DNA from: Eukaryota sp. GEM-RC1
Lineage: Eukaryota
Direction of reading: 5' to 3'
NCBI GenBank assembly: GCA_040285855.1
Contig: JAUFOQ010000004.1
Location: 1,426,001 to 1,490,000 of the forward strand
Length of the DNA stretch: 64,000 nucleotides
The translations under genes were made by a program, and so were the position numbers. Shown here piece after piece: positions 27,485-41,800 of the stretch; position 1 is the first letter of the stretch; each line of letters starts with the position of its first letter. Below the pieces are notes generated by a model. It was not told the origin of the DNA and searched no databases. It worked only from the letters and a program-made list of their open reading frames with translations.

Positions 27485-28609
27485 TTCAGCGCTGCCTGTG
27501 TCTTTATGGCGAAAGAAACTGAATACTACTACAGTACCTTTGGACTCTGGAACAATTTAAAGATCTATTTAACAACCATCCAGGAGTTTTTATTATATAT
27601 ACGAAAACGGCATTGATTAATGTTGTCAGGAAAATGTTTCCTACATCCGGTCACGTTTTATGCTTGTTACATATCGTACAAAATTTAATCCAAATTAAGA
27701 ACGCTAAAAAAATTTTTGATCCAGCAAGGAAAATATTTATGGAACATTTTGACTCTGTAATTCAAAGTGAAGCAGTCGAAGAATTTTGTTGGAATTTGAA
27801 TGTGATGACAGGCAAATATGAAAATGATCGAGAATGTGGTGATGCCTTCATATATTTAATTAACAATTGGTTCGATATGAAGGAAAGTTTCTGTTATTAC
27901 AATATTGATCAATTCACTCACTTTGAAACTTACACTAACAATCGGGCCGAGTCCGCCCACAATGCACTAAAATCCGGAGATCGAATGTACAAAAGAGACT
28001 TGGAGAGTGATATGGAGAAAGCTATGGCTACTATGGAGCATCCAGTAATCGACTTAAGAAGGAAAATTGATGTTGATAAGCAGAGAGTCGACCGAGAACT
28101 GATCAACACCGATTTATTTGTGAACGTAATTCGACACGTGTCATCTTTTGCTTTGTTGAAGGTTTTACAAATTATTGCTTTTAGCCAAACGAATCACGTG
28201 GATTCAGTATGTTCAGGTAGAACTGAGAGAATAACTGGAATTCCATGTATTCACAGCATTAAAAGAACACAAAGACTTTCCAAAGTCATGTTTCATCGAC
28301 AGTGGTGGTTAGAAGAGGAAGAAGAATCAGGTCAAATTTCTAATCCTGTTGAAGAACTGTTCAATCAATGGCGGTCTACTGACTCAGCAGCAGACAAGGT
28401 ACGGTGAAGAGGCTGCCAATGTGGGTTTAGCAATATCTGCCCATCGATACGAAGGTCCAAAAGTTCATGAGGAGAATGTTAGGGTGATGAGAACTGAAAA
28501 GAAGAAAACCGCAAGGAAATGTAGAGTGTGTCGCCGGGAAGGACATGATAGCAGAAGTCATTGTCAAAGATGTAAGAAAGTCAAGAAAGATTGTGATTGT
28601 GAGCACTAG
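27485..28609 (+). mobile_element. Degenerate Mutator-like (MULE) transposase
   Basis: ALINVVRKMFP…HVLCLLH (CxxH), TNNRAESAHNALK (catalytic E), SWIM-like C…TGIPCIH, C-terminal knuckle CRVCRREGHDSRSHC; N-terminus missing; frameshift near 28405. Confidence 0.85.
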
Positions 28610-30350
28610 AGCAATAGTGTACTGTAGAATGTAGAATTTGAACTACTAAAGTATATGTGATAACGGAAGCAGAAGCTCCCAGGTCCAGAACATAAAGAGG
28701 GAGACAATGAAGCAGTGACGAAGAAATGATGATATCACTAATGGATCAGAAAGCAACTTGTCAAGTCAGTGTCAAGATTGTAGTCATATTCCTTTAAACC
28801 GTTTTGTGCTTAAGACTTACAACACTGTACTTACTTAGACACGAAATCACAGATCTTTCTTCTGAAACGTGACTTTTTGTCTAACAACAATAACTACACC
28901 TTTGTGTATAAGGTTTAAGTTCAAATACAGTTCCTCTTCGCAATATCCTCAAACAACTGTAGTTCCAGCACTGAACCTGCATGCACAGTTGTACAGTCTC
29001 TTCCAGATAGTCTAAATATGCAGCAATGTAACACATGTCCTTCCATCAATGTTTCCAAACCCATAGCGATAGTTACAATGGATGATGTACACCCGTCGTG
29101 TCTGCCCAATTCCCCCTCTCACTTCCCCCTCATCGCAACAACACCGGGGCACAGATCAACCCAAAGATCTTATTCACTGTCAACATCCCATTCTGTAAAC
29201 GTGATAGCTGACGATTCCGCATCACGTTCCAAATCTCCAACTCACTATGAGTCTATGCTCGTGGACCAGATTCGCCAGTCCCATGTAGAATTGATACTCA
29301 AACATTCTCTGTTATGAACAATACTGTTATCAAAGTTGTTATCATTTAGGTTACAGACTTTAAGTAGCTCTAATGAAACACATGTTGTAGAACTGTTTCA
29401 TGATGAAGGCTTGACCTGATAATCTGTACATTTCGCCATTTTTGAAAAATTATTATTATTCTGTAAATATTGACAAGACAAATACAATGTCCTCTACTAT
29501 TGCTTACATACACACGTTGAAAAGCAGAGCCAAATCTCCTCCAATCAGGGTCTCCAATAAATAATTTATCAGCAAAATTATTGCAATAAATATATCACAA
29601 TAATTTATTTTTGGCAAATCGCGATATCAGTATTTATTGCAATTATTTCTGATAATTTTTCACATCTGTTTTCGGACGTGATTCCATCAAACATCTACAA
29701 TTCAGTGTTCTTTTCCAACATCTGTGTCTCTCTTCTGTTGTAAATGTTCTTTCTCGAGTTTTATAGGTTCTATTACTGTGGCGGAAAAAACACATGTCTT
29801 ATTTCAAAGCGTTCATCGATCAATCATCTGATTATGTTGATCTTTTTTTCATATCAGCTACTTCGAACATCGTTGTACGTCTGTTCTCAAAGGTGGGACT
29901 TCGGCTGACTGATCGTAGATCCAAGCTCCATCTTTCAGCCCTTCGTGGTGACGTCATTTTGAACGTAAACAGTAAGTACTTGAATTTCGACGCTGTGAGA
30001 GCTACTCTCATTTGAGTTAGAGTGTCTTTCTAGTTAATTAAATTAAAGTTCTTTCATCTTTTCATATCAATTATTTATCATTGATAAATAGTGATATATC
30101 ACAATAATGTATTTTCATCAATTTCTGACAGAAAATATATTGCAATATATTTTTGGACATCACTGCAGGCTCCAATATACCAACTACAAACTTACAATGT
30201 TCTTTTTTTTCAATAATGATTGGTGAGTGCGAGGATGTGGAACAATCACAATGATGATAGTCTTTATGACAAGTAGCAAACAGTGAGTGATGGAATCAAC
30301 AACTATACTCTAGGAAATAATGACTCATTGATGATCATTTAATAATAAAC
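27931..30350 (+). repeat. Direct repeat of MULE 3' half plus downstream DNA (second copy 32517-34290); this copy is interrupted by a hAT element
   Basis: 27931-29500 is near-identical to 32517-34090; similarity resumes at ~30210 vs ~34145. Confidence 0.85.
29546..30165 (+). mobile_element. Non-autonomous hAT deletion derivative (~620 bp)
   Basis: Imperfect TIRs CAGGGTCTCCAATAAATA / CAGTGATGTCCAAAAATA; subterminal TATTGCAAT and TATCACAATA repeats; ORF 29794-30015 SATSNIVVRLFSKVGLRLTDRRSKL resembles the hAT C-terminal dimerisation motif; absent from the paralogous site near 34100-34140. Confidence 0.8.
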
Positions 30351-32516
30351 CATATACTTGTGGAAATTGATCAATCAATGTCACATCAGAACCTTGTTTA
30401 AATCAATTGAAACATTAGCGAAAGCTGGATCTTTTTTCTCAGTCGAGCTAGAACGAACTGTAAAATTAAAATCTAAACTTTCAAATTATTTTAATTAATG
30501 ATTCTGTAGCTTCTTTAAAGCAAATTTTAAAGACAAAATGTTTGGACATGGAATTTCTTTGCTATCAACAGGAAAACAAGATGACCATAACTCAGGAGAA
30601 AGATTTCCTATTTCATCACGGAGATGGTGGAGAGAGAAGCTGCAAGTACTTTCAAGAAGAGAAGTTCTTGATGAATATCGATTTCAAAACTCGAATACAA
30701 ATTTCTTTCCACCACCAATGAACGCTGCTTTAGTCCACCATTTAGAAGATGTAGATCCTAAACCTCCAAGATACGCACAGGAAAATGTATGGTTACTTAA
30801 AATGTTGGGGTTGACTTGAAGAAGGAATGAAAGAAAGTCTGTGCGAATTTTGTTAAAAGCTTTACAGAAATCATGCAATAACTCAGGTACAAGGGACCTT
30901 AGAAATGAGTAGTTTTACCAGAATAACAAATTTTGAGCATGAAAAATTTTAAGTGTTTTTCAATTTCAAGAACTTTGATCTTATCCGACTCTTGTTGAAT
31001 CGAAATCAAGTAATAGTCAAGATTTTTGACAATATCCTCTTTCTTTCCAAAAAAGAAAAACAACCAAGAAATCTGAAACTTGAAGAAGAATAATTAATGA
31101 AAGGGACTTCAATTGAACGAATTGTTAATAAATTTGGTTGTTTTCCTATAAAGGACCTAGAGGATCACCTTGTTTTACACCTGTTAGTGAAGAAAGATTA
31201 GCCGAGTTGTAGAGCAAATCAAACGAACTACCATAAAAAGTATGAAAAACAACTGATGAAACACAGCTGGAAAATGTTCTTGTAATTGTGGTAAAATAGC
31301 AGCACATCTGACAAAGTTGAATGCGTTTTTAAGTCAAGATTAAAAAGAAAATTGTCAACAAAATATGACGGTATGAAGACAATTGTAATGAGAGTTGTAG
31401 CCTGTAACAGGCACGGCTGTCTAAAAATTGAACCTTTAACTAATTCTGCGATTAGACCAAACCGTTATTGAATAATAGATCAAGACTGTACATTAATTAC
31501 TAGTGTTGTACCAAACGTATCCAAATATCTGTGGATATGCGTGTCCGTTTTCGAAACGTTAGTTCATGGTTATACATCTCAATTGTTCTGCTCCAACATT
31601 CTCTGTTCGAAAAAAGTCCGATTACATGATTGAACAAGATTTTGATCTGTTCTTTGGTGTGTGTGCAGGTGTACAAATGTACAAATGTCTAACATGTTGT
31701 TATGGACAGAACTTCCCAATGAAATGAAATTGAGAGTGACAATTGGTATAAGGACCAGCTAAGTTAAACGGAACATACTTTTCAACAACTTAACGGTAAT
31801 TACCAAGTTTTGGAAACGTATATTGATAATCCAAGTAAACGAGTTAGTTGGGTAACAAACTCTGAATTTCAGGTGAAAACGATTGAATAGAACTAGTTGT
31901 TACTGGGTCTATAATTGAATAGGCTTAAAAGTTTTCCTTTGAGTCAGTCAGCAACATCACATTCACTTCTACTGATATAACCGCAAAATATTTTCATTCT
32001 ATTACCTTAATGATTATTGATGGAGTTGTGTTTGGTATTATTGTTGGTGTACTAAGGAATTTCTAAACTTCATGTTGTTTGAAAAATTGTGTTGAACAGT
32101 TGGTAAAATGTACAACATGTCGTACTTATTTATCATTTTCGCTTTCTAAGTAAACGGATGGATGTGTTGATTCTATAACAAGTGCTTTACTGATGACTGG
32201 CCGGAATTGGGTGGTTGGTTTACTAGCCTCTGTATTAATATGGTTTTGTCGTGTGGCTGTCCCAATCATTGGGTTCCACTGTTTCAATTTTTGCTATGTA
32301 ATATATATAAATTTCTCGCACTGACGATAGCAACTTTGATATACATGTAATTGACAAGTGTTGTATAAAACATGTATTATATACATACTTTGTGTTCTTC
32401 CTATGTGTGATGTCTTCCTATAACAACTATATATGACTAAGGTATTTTCAACTACAAACAATTCATTTATTTTGAGTAATATGAAGGTGCTAATTGAAAG
32501 AAATTGGGAAAAAAAT

Positions 32517-33197
32517 TACACGAACAATCAAGCCGAGTCCGCCCACAATGCACTAAAATCCGGAGATCAAATGTACAAAAGAGACTTGGAGAGTGATATG
32601 GAGAAAGCTATGGCTACTATGGAGCATCCAGTAATCGACTTAAGAAGGAAAATTGATGTTGATAAGCAGAGAGTCGACCGAGAACTGATCAACACCGATT
32701 TATTTGTGAACGTAATTCGACACGTGTCATCTTTTGCTTTGTTGAAGGTTTTACAAATTATTGCTTTTAGCCAAACGAATCACGTGGATTCAGTATGTTC
32801 AGGTAGAACTGAGAGAATAACTGGAATTCCATGTATTCACAGCATTAAAAGAACACAAAGACTTTCCAAAGTCATGTTTCATCGACAGTGGTGGTTAGAA
32901 GAGGAAGAAGAATCAGGTCAAATTTCTAATCCTGTTGAAGAACTGCTCAATCAATGGCGGTCTACTGACTCAGCAGCAGACAAGGTACGGTTAGAAGAGG
33001 CTGCCAATGTGGGTTTAGCAAGGTCTGTCCATCGATACGAAGGTCCAAAAGTTCATGAGGAGAATGGTAGGGTGATGAGAACTGAAAAGAAGAAAACCGC
33101 AAGGAAATGTAGAGTGTGTCGCCGGGAAGGACATGATAGCAGAAGTCATTGTCAAAGATGTAAGAAATTCAAGAAAGATTGTGGTTGTGAGCACTAG
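32517..33197 (+). mobile_element. Second, 5'-truncated copy of the MULE transposase
   Basis: Near-identical to 27931-28609 from YTNN(Q/R)AESAHNALK onward; upstream sequence is unrelated. Confidence 0.85.
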
Positions 33198-35807
33198 AGC
33201 AATAGTGTACTGTAGAATGTAGAATTTGAACTACTAAAGTATATGTGATAACGGAAGCAGAAGCTCCCAGGTCCAGAACATAAAGAGGGAGACAATGAAG
33301 CAGTGACGAAGAAATGATGATATCACTAAAATGGATCAGAAAACAACTTGTCAAGAATCTAGTCAGTTCTACATGTAGTTCTTTTGTACTTAAGACTTAC
33401 AACACTGTACTTACTTAGACACGAAATCACAGATCTTTCTTCTGAAACGTGACTTTTTGTCCAACAACAATAACTACACCTTTGTGTATGGGGTTTAAGT
33501 TCAAATACAGTTCCTCTTCGCAATATCCTCAAACAACTGTAGTTCCAGCACTGAACCTGCATGCACCGTTGTACAGTCTCTTCCGGATAGTCTAAATATG
33601 CAACAATGTAACACCTGTCCTTCCATCAGTGTTTCCAAACCCATGACAGTTCCAATGGAAGATGTACATTCTTCATCTCTGCCGAATTCCCCCTCTCATT
33701 TCCCCCCTCATCGCAACAACACCGGGGCACAGATCAACCCAAAGATCATATTCACTGTCATCATCCCATTCTGTAAACGTGATAGCTGACGATTCCGCAT
33801 CACGTTCCAAATCTCCAACTCACTATGAGTCTATGCTCGTGGACCAGATTCGCCAGTCCCATGTAGAATTGATACTCAAACATTCTCTGTTATGAGCATT
33901 ACTATTAGTATAGTTGTTATCATTTAGGTTACTGACTTTAAGTATATGTAGCTCTAATGAAACACGTGTTGTGGAAGTGTTTCAGTGAGAAGACTTGTCT
34001 TAATCTGTACATTCCACAGTTTTTGAAAAATTATTTTTGTATTATTCTGTAAATATTGACACGACAAATACACTGTCCACTACTATTACACCTTCTTTCA
34101 TACTTGGAAATTACAGCAAACATATATGCGTACTCAATACCTATCAATAATGATTGGTGAGTGTAAGGTTATGAATAAATCACAATGATTTATGAAAGCC
34201 ATCATAATAAGCAACAGATGAAATCAACTACCGGTACTGCACGACTCAAAGTCAACGATTCAACTAACACTAACAATTAGATAACCATGTACTATGTTGA
34301 TTGCGTTTGTAATCACTTCTTTTATAACGCAGTTTTTTAGCCACTCAAAATTTTAATGCTCGTCGATCAAATCAGCCACAATGTCTTAAAGTGAGAAGCA
34401 AAAAGTACTGGAGCTATGTTGGGTTTAAAAATGGACTGTGAATTGCTGTTGGAATATGTATTCTAATATGATTTATACTTGAAGGTGGTGATCACAAATA
34501 ACCAGCGGAGTCACTACAGAGCCTATTCTTGATGAATGTAAAACATAATAGAAGGAATTAACCAAAGCGTATGACCCATTTCTGTTCATGGTAGGCGGTG
34601 AACTAACTCAGTTCAGTTCACAATATATATGAACTAAACTCAAGTAATTATCATTGATATTACATTCAGTGTCTACTAGTAACACACTTGGAAAATATTG
34701 TTTTGCTACATACAGGATATATCACAAGGATTGAATTAGATTGTTTCATCGAATGGTTCCATTTCATATACAAATAAAAACACAGCAATTATGTCGTCTC
34801 CAGCAATAAGAAAGATAGAACATATTTTTCTCCTAGACACGTTTTTTATACATGTATGAAGAAATAATTCTGTAATATACTATCATTACAACAACACCTA
34901 TCACTATCAAATCTGACCAAAGCTTCCTTTTTATAGAAGGAACTCTCTGTTAGTTAATTTTTGAAGATGATAAGGGCAATTGTTAAACCACAGCAAATAC
35001 TATACAATCCAATTGTAACACATGATTAAAGCGTTTTCTTAATCATCTTGTTTCCGACTTGCAAACAAAATTCTTTAACAAATTCAATACACTTTTTGCT
35101 AATCGATACATCAAAAGAACATACTTGACTCTCGACTTGTTTCACATATTTAAGATCCATTAATGGTTTTTGGGACTTCTCCTGCTTGACTTGTTTCTAC
35201 ATGTAATTGGGAAGGTTTTACATCCACTTTTTGAACAAAAGTGTTACAACATACCATTTTCATTAACAGCCTCACTGAAATACAACAAATCACCCGAATT
35301 TGGATCAGACACAGCTCACGTTTATGATTAAGCGGATATTTAAAACTCTTTAGATGACGTGCTCCAACAAAAGTCAGCAGATTCAGCATCTGAAATGTGA
35401 CAAAGCGTTTGTGCAAAGAACATGAGGGAGTTGTGTAAGACACTCTACCTACGTTGATATAATAGACAGTTGCTAAGTTCACGCTTTGACAAATGATGCT
35501 AAACCTCGAAGATAAACCATGTATACGAATGAGTTTGTGTGCTGAAACATCCAACCACGACGAGAAGTTCTATGCTACTATATACTTACAACAGTTTTGA
35601 GCTTTTGTATGTTGAATCCATTGCCATATGGGTTCCAATAAAGAACAAGATATGACTAAGGTGAACAATCTCAGTTAAAATTCGTTTATTTTCAAAAAGT
35701 TGAATGAGCTACTGCAAATTACCCTACAAAGTACGTCAGAACAATAACTTACTATTACAATATTTACCCACTGAGACAAAAGAGAAGTGAAAACAACAAT
35801 GATATCT

Positions 35808-38800
35808 CTACGAAAACTGCGTAATTTTAAAAACATTAATAACACTAAGCAAGGCTAAAAATGCAAAAATTAAACGATCAATAGAAACAGAATTGGCAGC
35901 CATGAACAACATTAAAATTGTTTGAATTATCAAATATAAAGGCAAAGTGAAAAATGACGATGATACCATTAGAATGTAAACAATTGATGGAACAAAATGA
36001 TATGTTCTTCGTTGAAGATATAGAACAAAAACAACTGATATACAGTGAATGAATAATAAGATAAAGTTGATTAACGACTGAGGTGAAACAAGAAAGTGTT
36101 GGTGAAGAGTTCCAAAGATGAAATTAATTGAAACTAGAGCAGAAGTAGTCAAGAAAGCACTGTGGTAAAATTTAAATTGTTTCAATTTCCTGAATATAAA
36201 GTATGATGAAATAAAGGAAAACAATTGAAAAGATGACGCGACAATAAAGTAACTATCAATGTCAAATTCAAATGCTGATAGAATAAATTCAAAGAATACT
36301 AGTACCGAACTGGCAGATTTGGTCAAAATTATAGGAATAGAGATCAATGTTATGAATAACACGTTGGAAAATCTGGACATTGATTTGAGCACTTGAGCTC
36401 TTTGAAATTCTGAAGTTGAAAAGAGAAGAATATCGTGATGATTTTGCACTAATTCTAGGAACTTTAACATCGATAAGTCAGTTAAATAGATGGCAAATAT
36501 TAACATAACCAACTTTCCCACTTTGAAAAGATAATATTCTTCACCAATACAGAAGATTCTGGTAGATATTGAATCGTCAGTACAATATTGACATAAATCT
36601 CCATAAGAATAAGGAGATTTGCAAGAATTTTCTTCACAATTGAACCAAATATCACACTCATCTAGTTCCCAAGTAACATTGTTTAACATGAAACCAGGTT
36701 CAATTCCAGTCAAATTTCCATATCCACATTCAGCTAAATGAGGACAAGGTAAACAAGCATCTACAGAATCTAGAGTGTTTAAAGGACAAACACAATGGTC
36801 AAGATCACTAGAGCCTTTTTGAAGAGTAACTCTAGGATAAGGACAGGACCGACATTCTGAATTAAATTCTGAATTTGAATAATAATTTAGAGCACATTCC
36901 ACACATTCACCGAGAGAATTAAATTCCATTCCTTTTGGGCATAAACAGCCGTTTCCAGAATTCAATTTAGGAAAGTGACAATCATTTGAAACTAGATCTA
37001 CAGTCGCAGATCGAGCAAAATAGGAAAATGTAATCGTCATTGATTGGATTGGATCCGTGATTATTTCCAGATTCTCACCAATAACTATGACAGCCTGTTC
37101 ATCAGTTGAACTAGCTACAGTATCATAAACATGTATAAGTTTTGAAGAATTAAGGAAATTGTGTTGAGTAATTAAGAATATGGAAGGCTTGACCAAAGTA
37201 CAAGATTTGTCAAAAACATTTGATTATCACATTCAAGAAGTTCAACAGTTTCTACTGTCAAAATATGAGTAAACTTTTGAATAATTGTGAAATTTGATTG
37301 AACGAATTGGTCTATGAACTGGAGTTCAAGGTAATGATAGTCAAAATTGAAAGTAGAAGCAGATGAAAATACCAAACTATCTGAAAATAGTTCAAAAGAA
37401 GTCCAATTAAAAGTTGAAGTTAGTGTAGTTAAATTACCTTCACATTCAACAACAAATCCAATGGAATCCATACAAAGAACTGGAATTGTCAAGTTCAATG
37501 CATAAGAGTAAGATTCAAGATAGTCCTGAACAAACACCAATTCCAGTGCTTTACCAGGAGTAAAAGTAATAGTAAATGGAGCTTGAGTATGAAAACAATT
37601 AGGTGAAATTAGATGAATCGAATAAGAGAGATGAGAAGCAGTAAGAAGATGAGAAGTCATTGAGATTGAACTTTCAAATTGTTCGACATTAGAATATATT
37701 TCATTTCCCATCTTTAATTGAATAGTTTCTTCAATTTCTTCTCCCAATGATGTAATTCCTTTGTTGATATCAACAGGAGTTAGACAAGTATATGACTGAT
37801 AACCGTAAAACTCCAACTCTAAAAGAAACACGTCATTTTGAGGAATTAAAGTAATTTCATCAACTTTTGGTAGAACATTATCTATTCCACACATCAAAGC
37901 AAAGGAAAAACCACTGGGAATTTGTTTACAAGAATATTTTGGTGAAAGAGTTTGATTGTTTACAATCAGCTCAAAAGGAAGGTTAGCATCAAAATGTTGA
38001 CAACTGGAATTTGTAGTAATGACAACCTTGAAAATATCAAAAGAAGAATTAAAATTAACTGAAATGGCATCACCAGATTTTAAAAATTCGGAACAAAATG
38101 ATACATCTACATTGCAGCAACGAGATCCATCAAAAACCATGTCAGTAGAGATATTTGAAATGTATCGAGTATTTTGAATTTGGGGATGATGAGAATTTGG
38201 TAAGTAACAAATTTCTTCTAAAAAGGCTTCACCATGGACTGAAAAGAGTTAACAAACAACTCGTCAAAGTAAACGTTTACTGGAACAACAACTTGAAAAG
38301 TGGAAATAATTAAATTTCTGCAAAAAATGTAGAATTTGAAACTGTTCCAGGAAAGGTTTTACCTCCAACAACACACATAAACTGAGAGTATAGAAGTCCG
38401 ACGAAATCAACTCCAATGTCGCGATGTTCATAAACACTGACGTGATCTGAACTGGTAAATTCTGTATTGAATATTTTAATATCACCAATAATTTGATTTT
38501 TGAATCCAATATGTTTCCAAGTCCATTGCAAATCACTTTCACCTAATGAGAAACTGAACGAAGAAATGTTAAACGAATAAGTGTATGAAAAACGGAAGGT
38601 TGCATAATCGTCTTCAAATATTTGAATTTGATCAGATGAAACAATTAAATTTTTGAGTTGAAAGTCGGAGAATAATGGACATATCGAAAGTACAGAAATT
38701 TGAACAATCACGTCATCAATGGTTGAAAAGAACAAAGGAGAAGTAATGGAAATGGTAGGTGGAAGCACAACTTCCCGTATTAATTGAAAAGAAAAGGAAC

Positions 38801-41800
38801 TTTCCAAATATTCAACGTTGAATTCAAATGAAGATTCGGCTTGATTTACACTCAAGAAATTTAAAATAAGTGATCCCTGTAGAGATTCTTGGTCTAATAT
38901 TTCACAATTTGAAATACATTCTACAGTAATAGAGTAATTGTACTGATTGAAATTGACTGTAAAAGACTGATGAATAGCAACTTCATAAAAGAAAGGAAAC
39001 TGATCGTCAATCAGATCAGTCATCAAGGCAACTGTCATTGATTGTGGTGATTGATGTAACGTGATAAAAGGATCGTCATCATATAATTCAAGCACATTTG
39101 AGCCCCTTTTAAGGAACATAGTTTGACGGCCGTGCGAAAGATAAATATTTGAAATTTCTTCCAATAATAAGAACTCAATTCGAGAATCGTTTTGAATGAG
39201 CGGAGGTAGAACTAGATAATTGTCGACTTCGAAGGCTAATTTAAGATCAAAAGCAGAAGCAAAAGATCTTCCAAAAGCAATAAAGAATCCAATAGAAATC
39301 ACGTCAACTTCAAACGTGACTAAATCTTCATCAACAATAGATAACTCAGATGTTAATTCTCCAAATATAAAACTACTCTCAATAGCTGAGTACTCGTAGA
39401 AATGAATTCCTTCAACTTCGAGAGAAATTTCATGAACAAAACTAGACTCAAACCACTGAATAAATCGAGGAGAAATTGAATTGGGTAAGACAATATAAGG
39501 TAAATTAAAGATAGGATAACAACCAACTTCACTACATAATTCTAAATCATCAGGATATCCAGGCACTGAAGACATAAACTCAATGTGAGCAAGACCAGGA
39601 GTTGTTTGAAAATTTACAATTTCAATGGAATTTGGAATGTCCAAAGTCACTTGGAAATCGTTCAGAGAAACCTCTCCATAGAGACTATAAACAGTAATCT
39701 CACACGGTTGGTTAACAAAGCAAACCAAGGAAGTATTATAAGCTTCTAATGACGTGATTGGAAGTGATAGAATAATAGAAATACCCGTAGTAAATTCAAT
39801 ATGAGTAATAAATCTATTTAGACCAACTAATTCTCCAGTATAAATGATCATTTCATTAGTTGTTAGGTCTTGTACAACAGCTGAAGAACCAGACATTTGA
39901 ATAGTAGAATTGGAAAAACAGTTAAACATTTGGCCAAAATATGATCCAAAAATTCTCAAAATATTTCCAGAAGGGGAAAGTACCAATGGGAAAACTCCAT
40001 GTCTTGGAGCTATAAGTTGAAGTTGAAATACATTACTGGTTTGATTTCCAATTATTACATAAAGATTGAAAATGTTACTTTCAACTGAACAAACGTAAGG
40101 AATATAATGAACAATTTCTTCATGAGAATGATTTGACACACGTGTTGAAGCAATGTCAGAAACTAAAGATGAATAGTCAAAACTTGTTGAAAGATCTTGG
40201 CCAATGATTGAAAGTTCTCCGTTCATTAGGAATGGATACGGATAAACAAAAGAAATGACAGGTTTTTTAAAACAATAAGTAAAGGAAATTATTGAAGAAT
40301 CTGTCGACCTAGATACGAACATCTCATGACAACCATGACCTTCAAAAAGAAGAAATTCAAATTTTCATGATTACTTGAATAATACGCAAGACTTTCATTT
40401 ACCCAAGCAGTTGAATGATGAATAACAATAGGAACTAACCCAAGATTAAAAGCAAACAGTGGTACAAATCCACCTCTAGTTGGAGGTTCTAGACTAACAA
40501 ACTCAATAGGACAAATAGGAATGAATAAATGTTGGAATGAAAATATTCTGGAAATAGTTAAATTGAAATAAATTGAATTATTCATTGGATTGAAGGAAAT
40601 GCTATCATTTAAAAAGAAATCAAGAGAATTCAATAGAAAGTTGTGGTAGAATTCATCATTATTAGGAACTGAGAGTTCTAGTAACTCTGAAAGATAGTCG
40701 ATATTATTGAAATTAAGATAAACTTGACAGAAAGACGTGTTACAGCAGTGTTGTGAAGGAAAAATTGAAATGTTTGAGAAGATTTGAGAAAGATCTAAGA
40801 ATGGATCGTTCCCAAACAATAAGTCCCGATTAATTGAAGCAAATTTTGAAATAATTGGATATCCAGAAGAGAATGTAATTGATGAATTTTGAGCCGTTAG
40901 GGAGGATAAGAACAAGACTTCTGTTGAATTAGTCAGAATAAGTGAAGAGTTGGTGATTTCAAAGTCAGATTTAAAGACTGTTTGGTATGTGCAACCCGAA
41001 AATTTAAAATTATTCAACATTACTGAAGAATTCGAAACTCTAAAGTAAGGTTCTATTTCTCCAAAAGAAGAAAGTGACTTGCATTGTTGAATAGAAACTT
41101 TGTCAAAATCAACAAAAGATTTTGAAATATTGAATAAAGAGGTCGATTCAAAGAAATTTACTGAGAGTTGGGAAATAGAAAGAGAAGAATCAAATACTTG
41201 AAACAGTGTTAATGACTCAATGTCTTGAATAGTCCAAAGGTGAAGTGAACAAGAAGAATTATAGAGGGTTACAAAAGAGTCAATCAGAGTGAAATTTTCA
41301 AATGCTACAGTATTTGATGTAAAAATAGTATCACTAAAATTGAGTGCAGAATATAAAACCATATTAGAAAAAGTGGCATCGTTCAGAATCAGATTGGAAT
41401 TAAAAGAATATAGCAAATGATGAGATACGATATTATTGATTACAAGACTAGAAGCAGTGACATTGGATGAAATAAAATGAATTAAACTTAAATCCTCAGA
41501 ATTATTTTCATCATCAAAGAATAGACCAGTAGTTTTAGCTGATCTATGTATTCGAAAATTTTGAATCAACACGTCACTGTTGGAGGAATACACGATTCTA
41601 TTTGAAATTTCAAAAAGTCGGCATCAAATAGACTAAAACTGGTTGTAATTAAGTCAAAAGAACATCTGACAAGACTGAAACAATTTCGACATGTATCAAG
41701 GAGATTTCGCAATCAAATGACGTGATGACGGGAACATTGATGACGTCAGCATATAAGTTTGTAATCAAAAATTGAGAACTAGAAGTGTTGAACATGTAAG

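Noticed and set aside
30400..32500. Possible retroelement or other coding remnants (e.g. ORF 30538-30819; a GPY-like motif on the minus strand near 31750)
   Set aside because: Many stop codons and no convincing RT, integrase or other motif; cannot be assigned without a search
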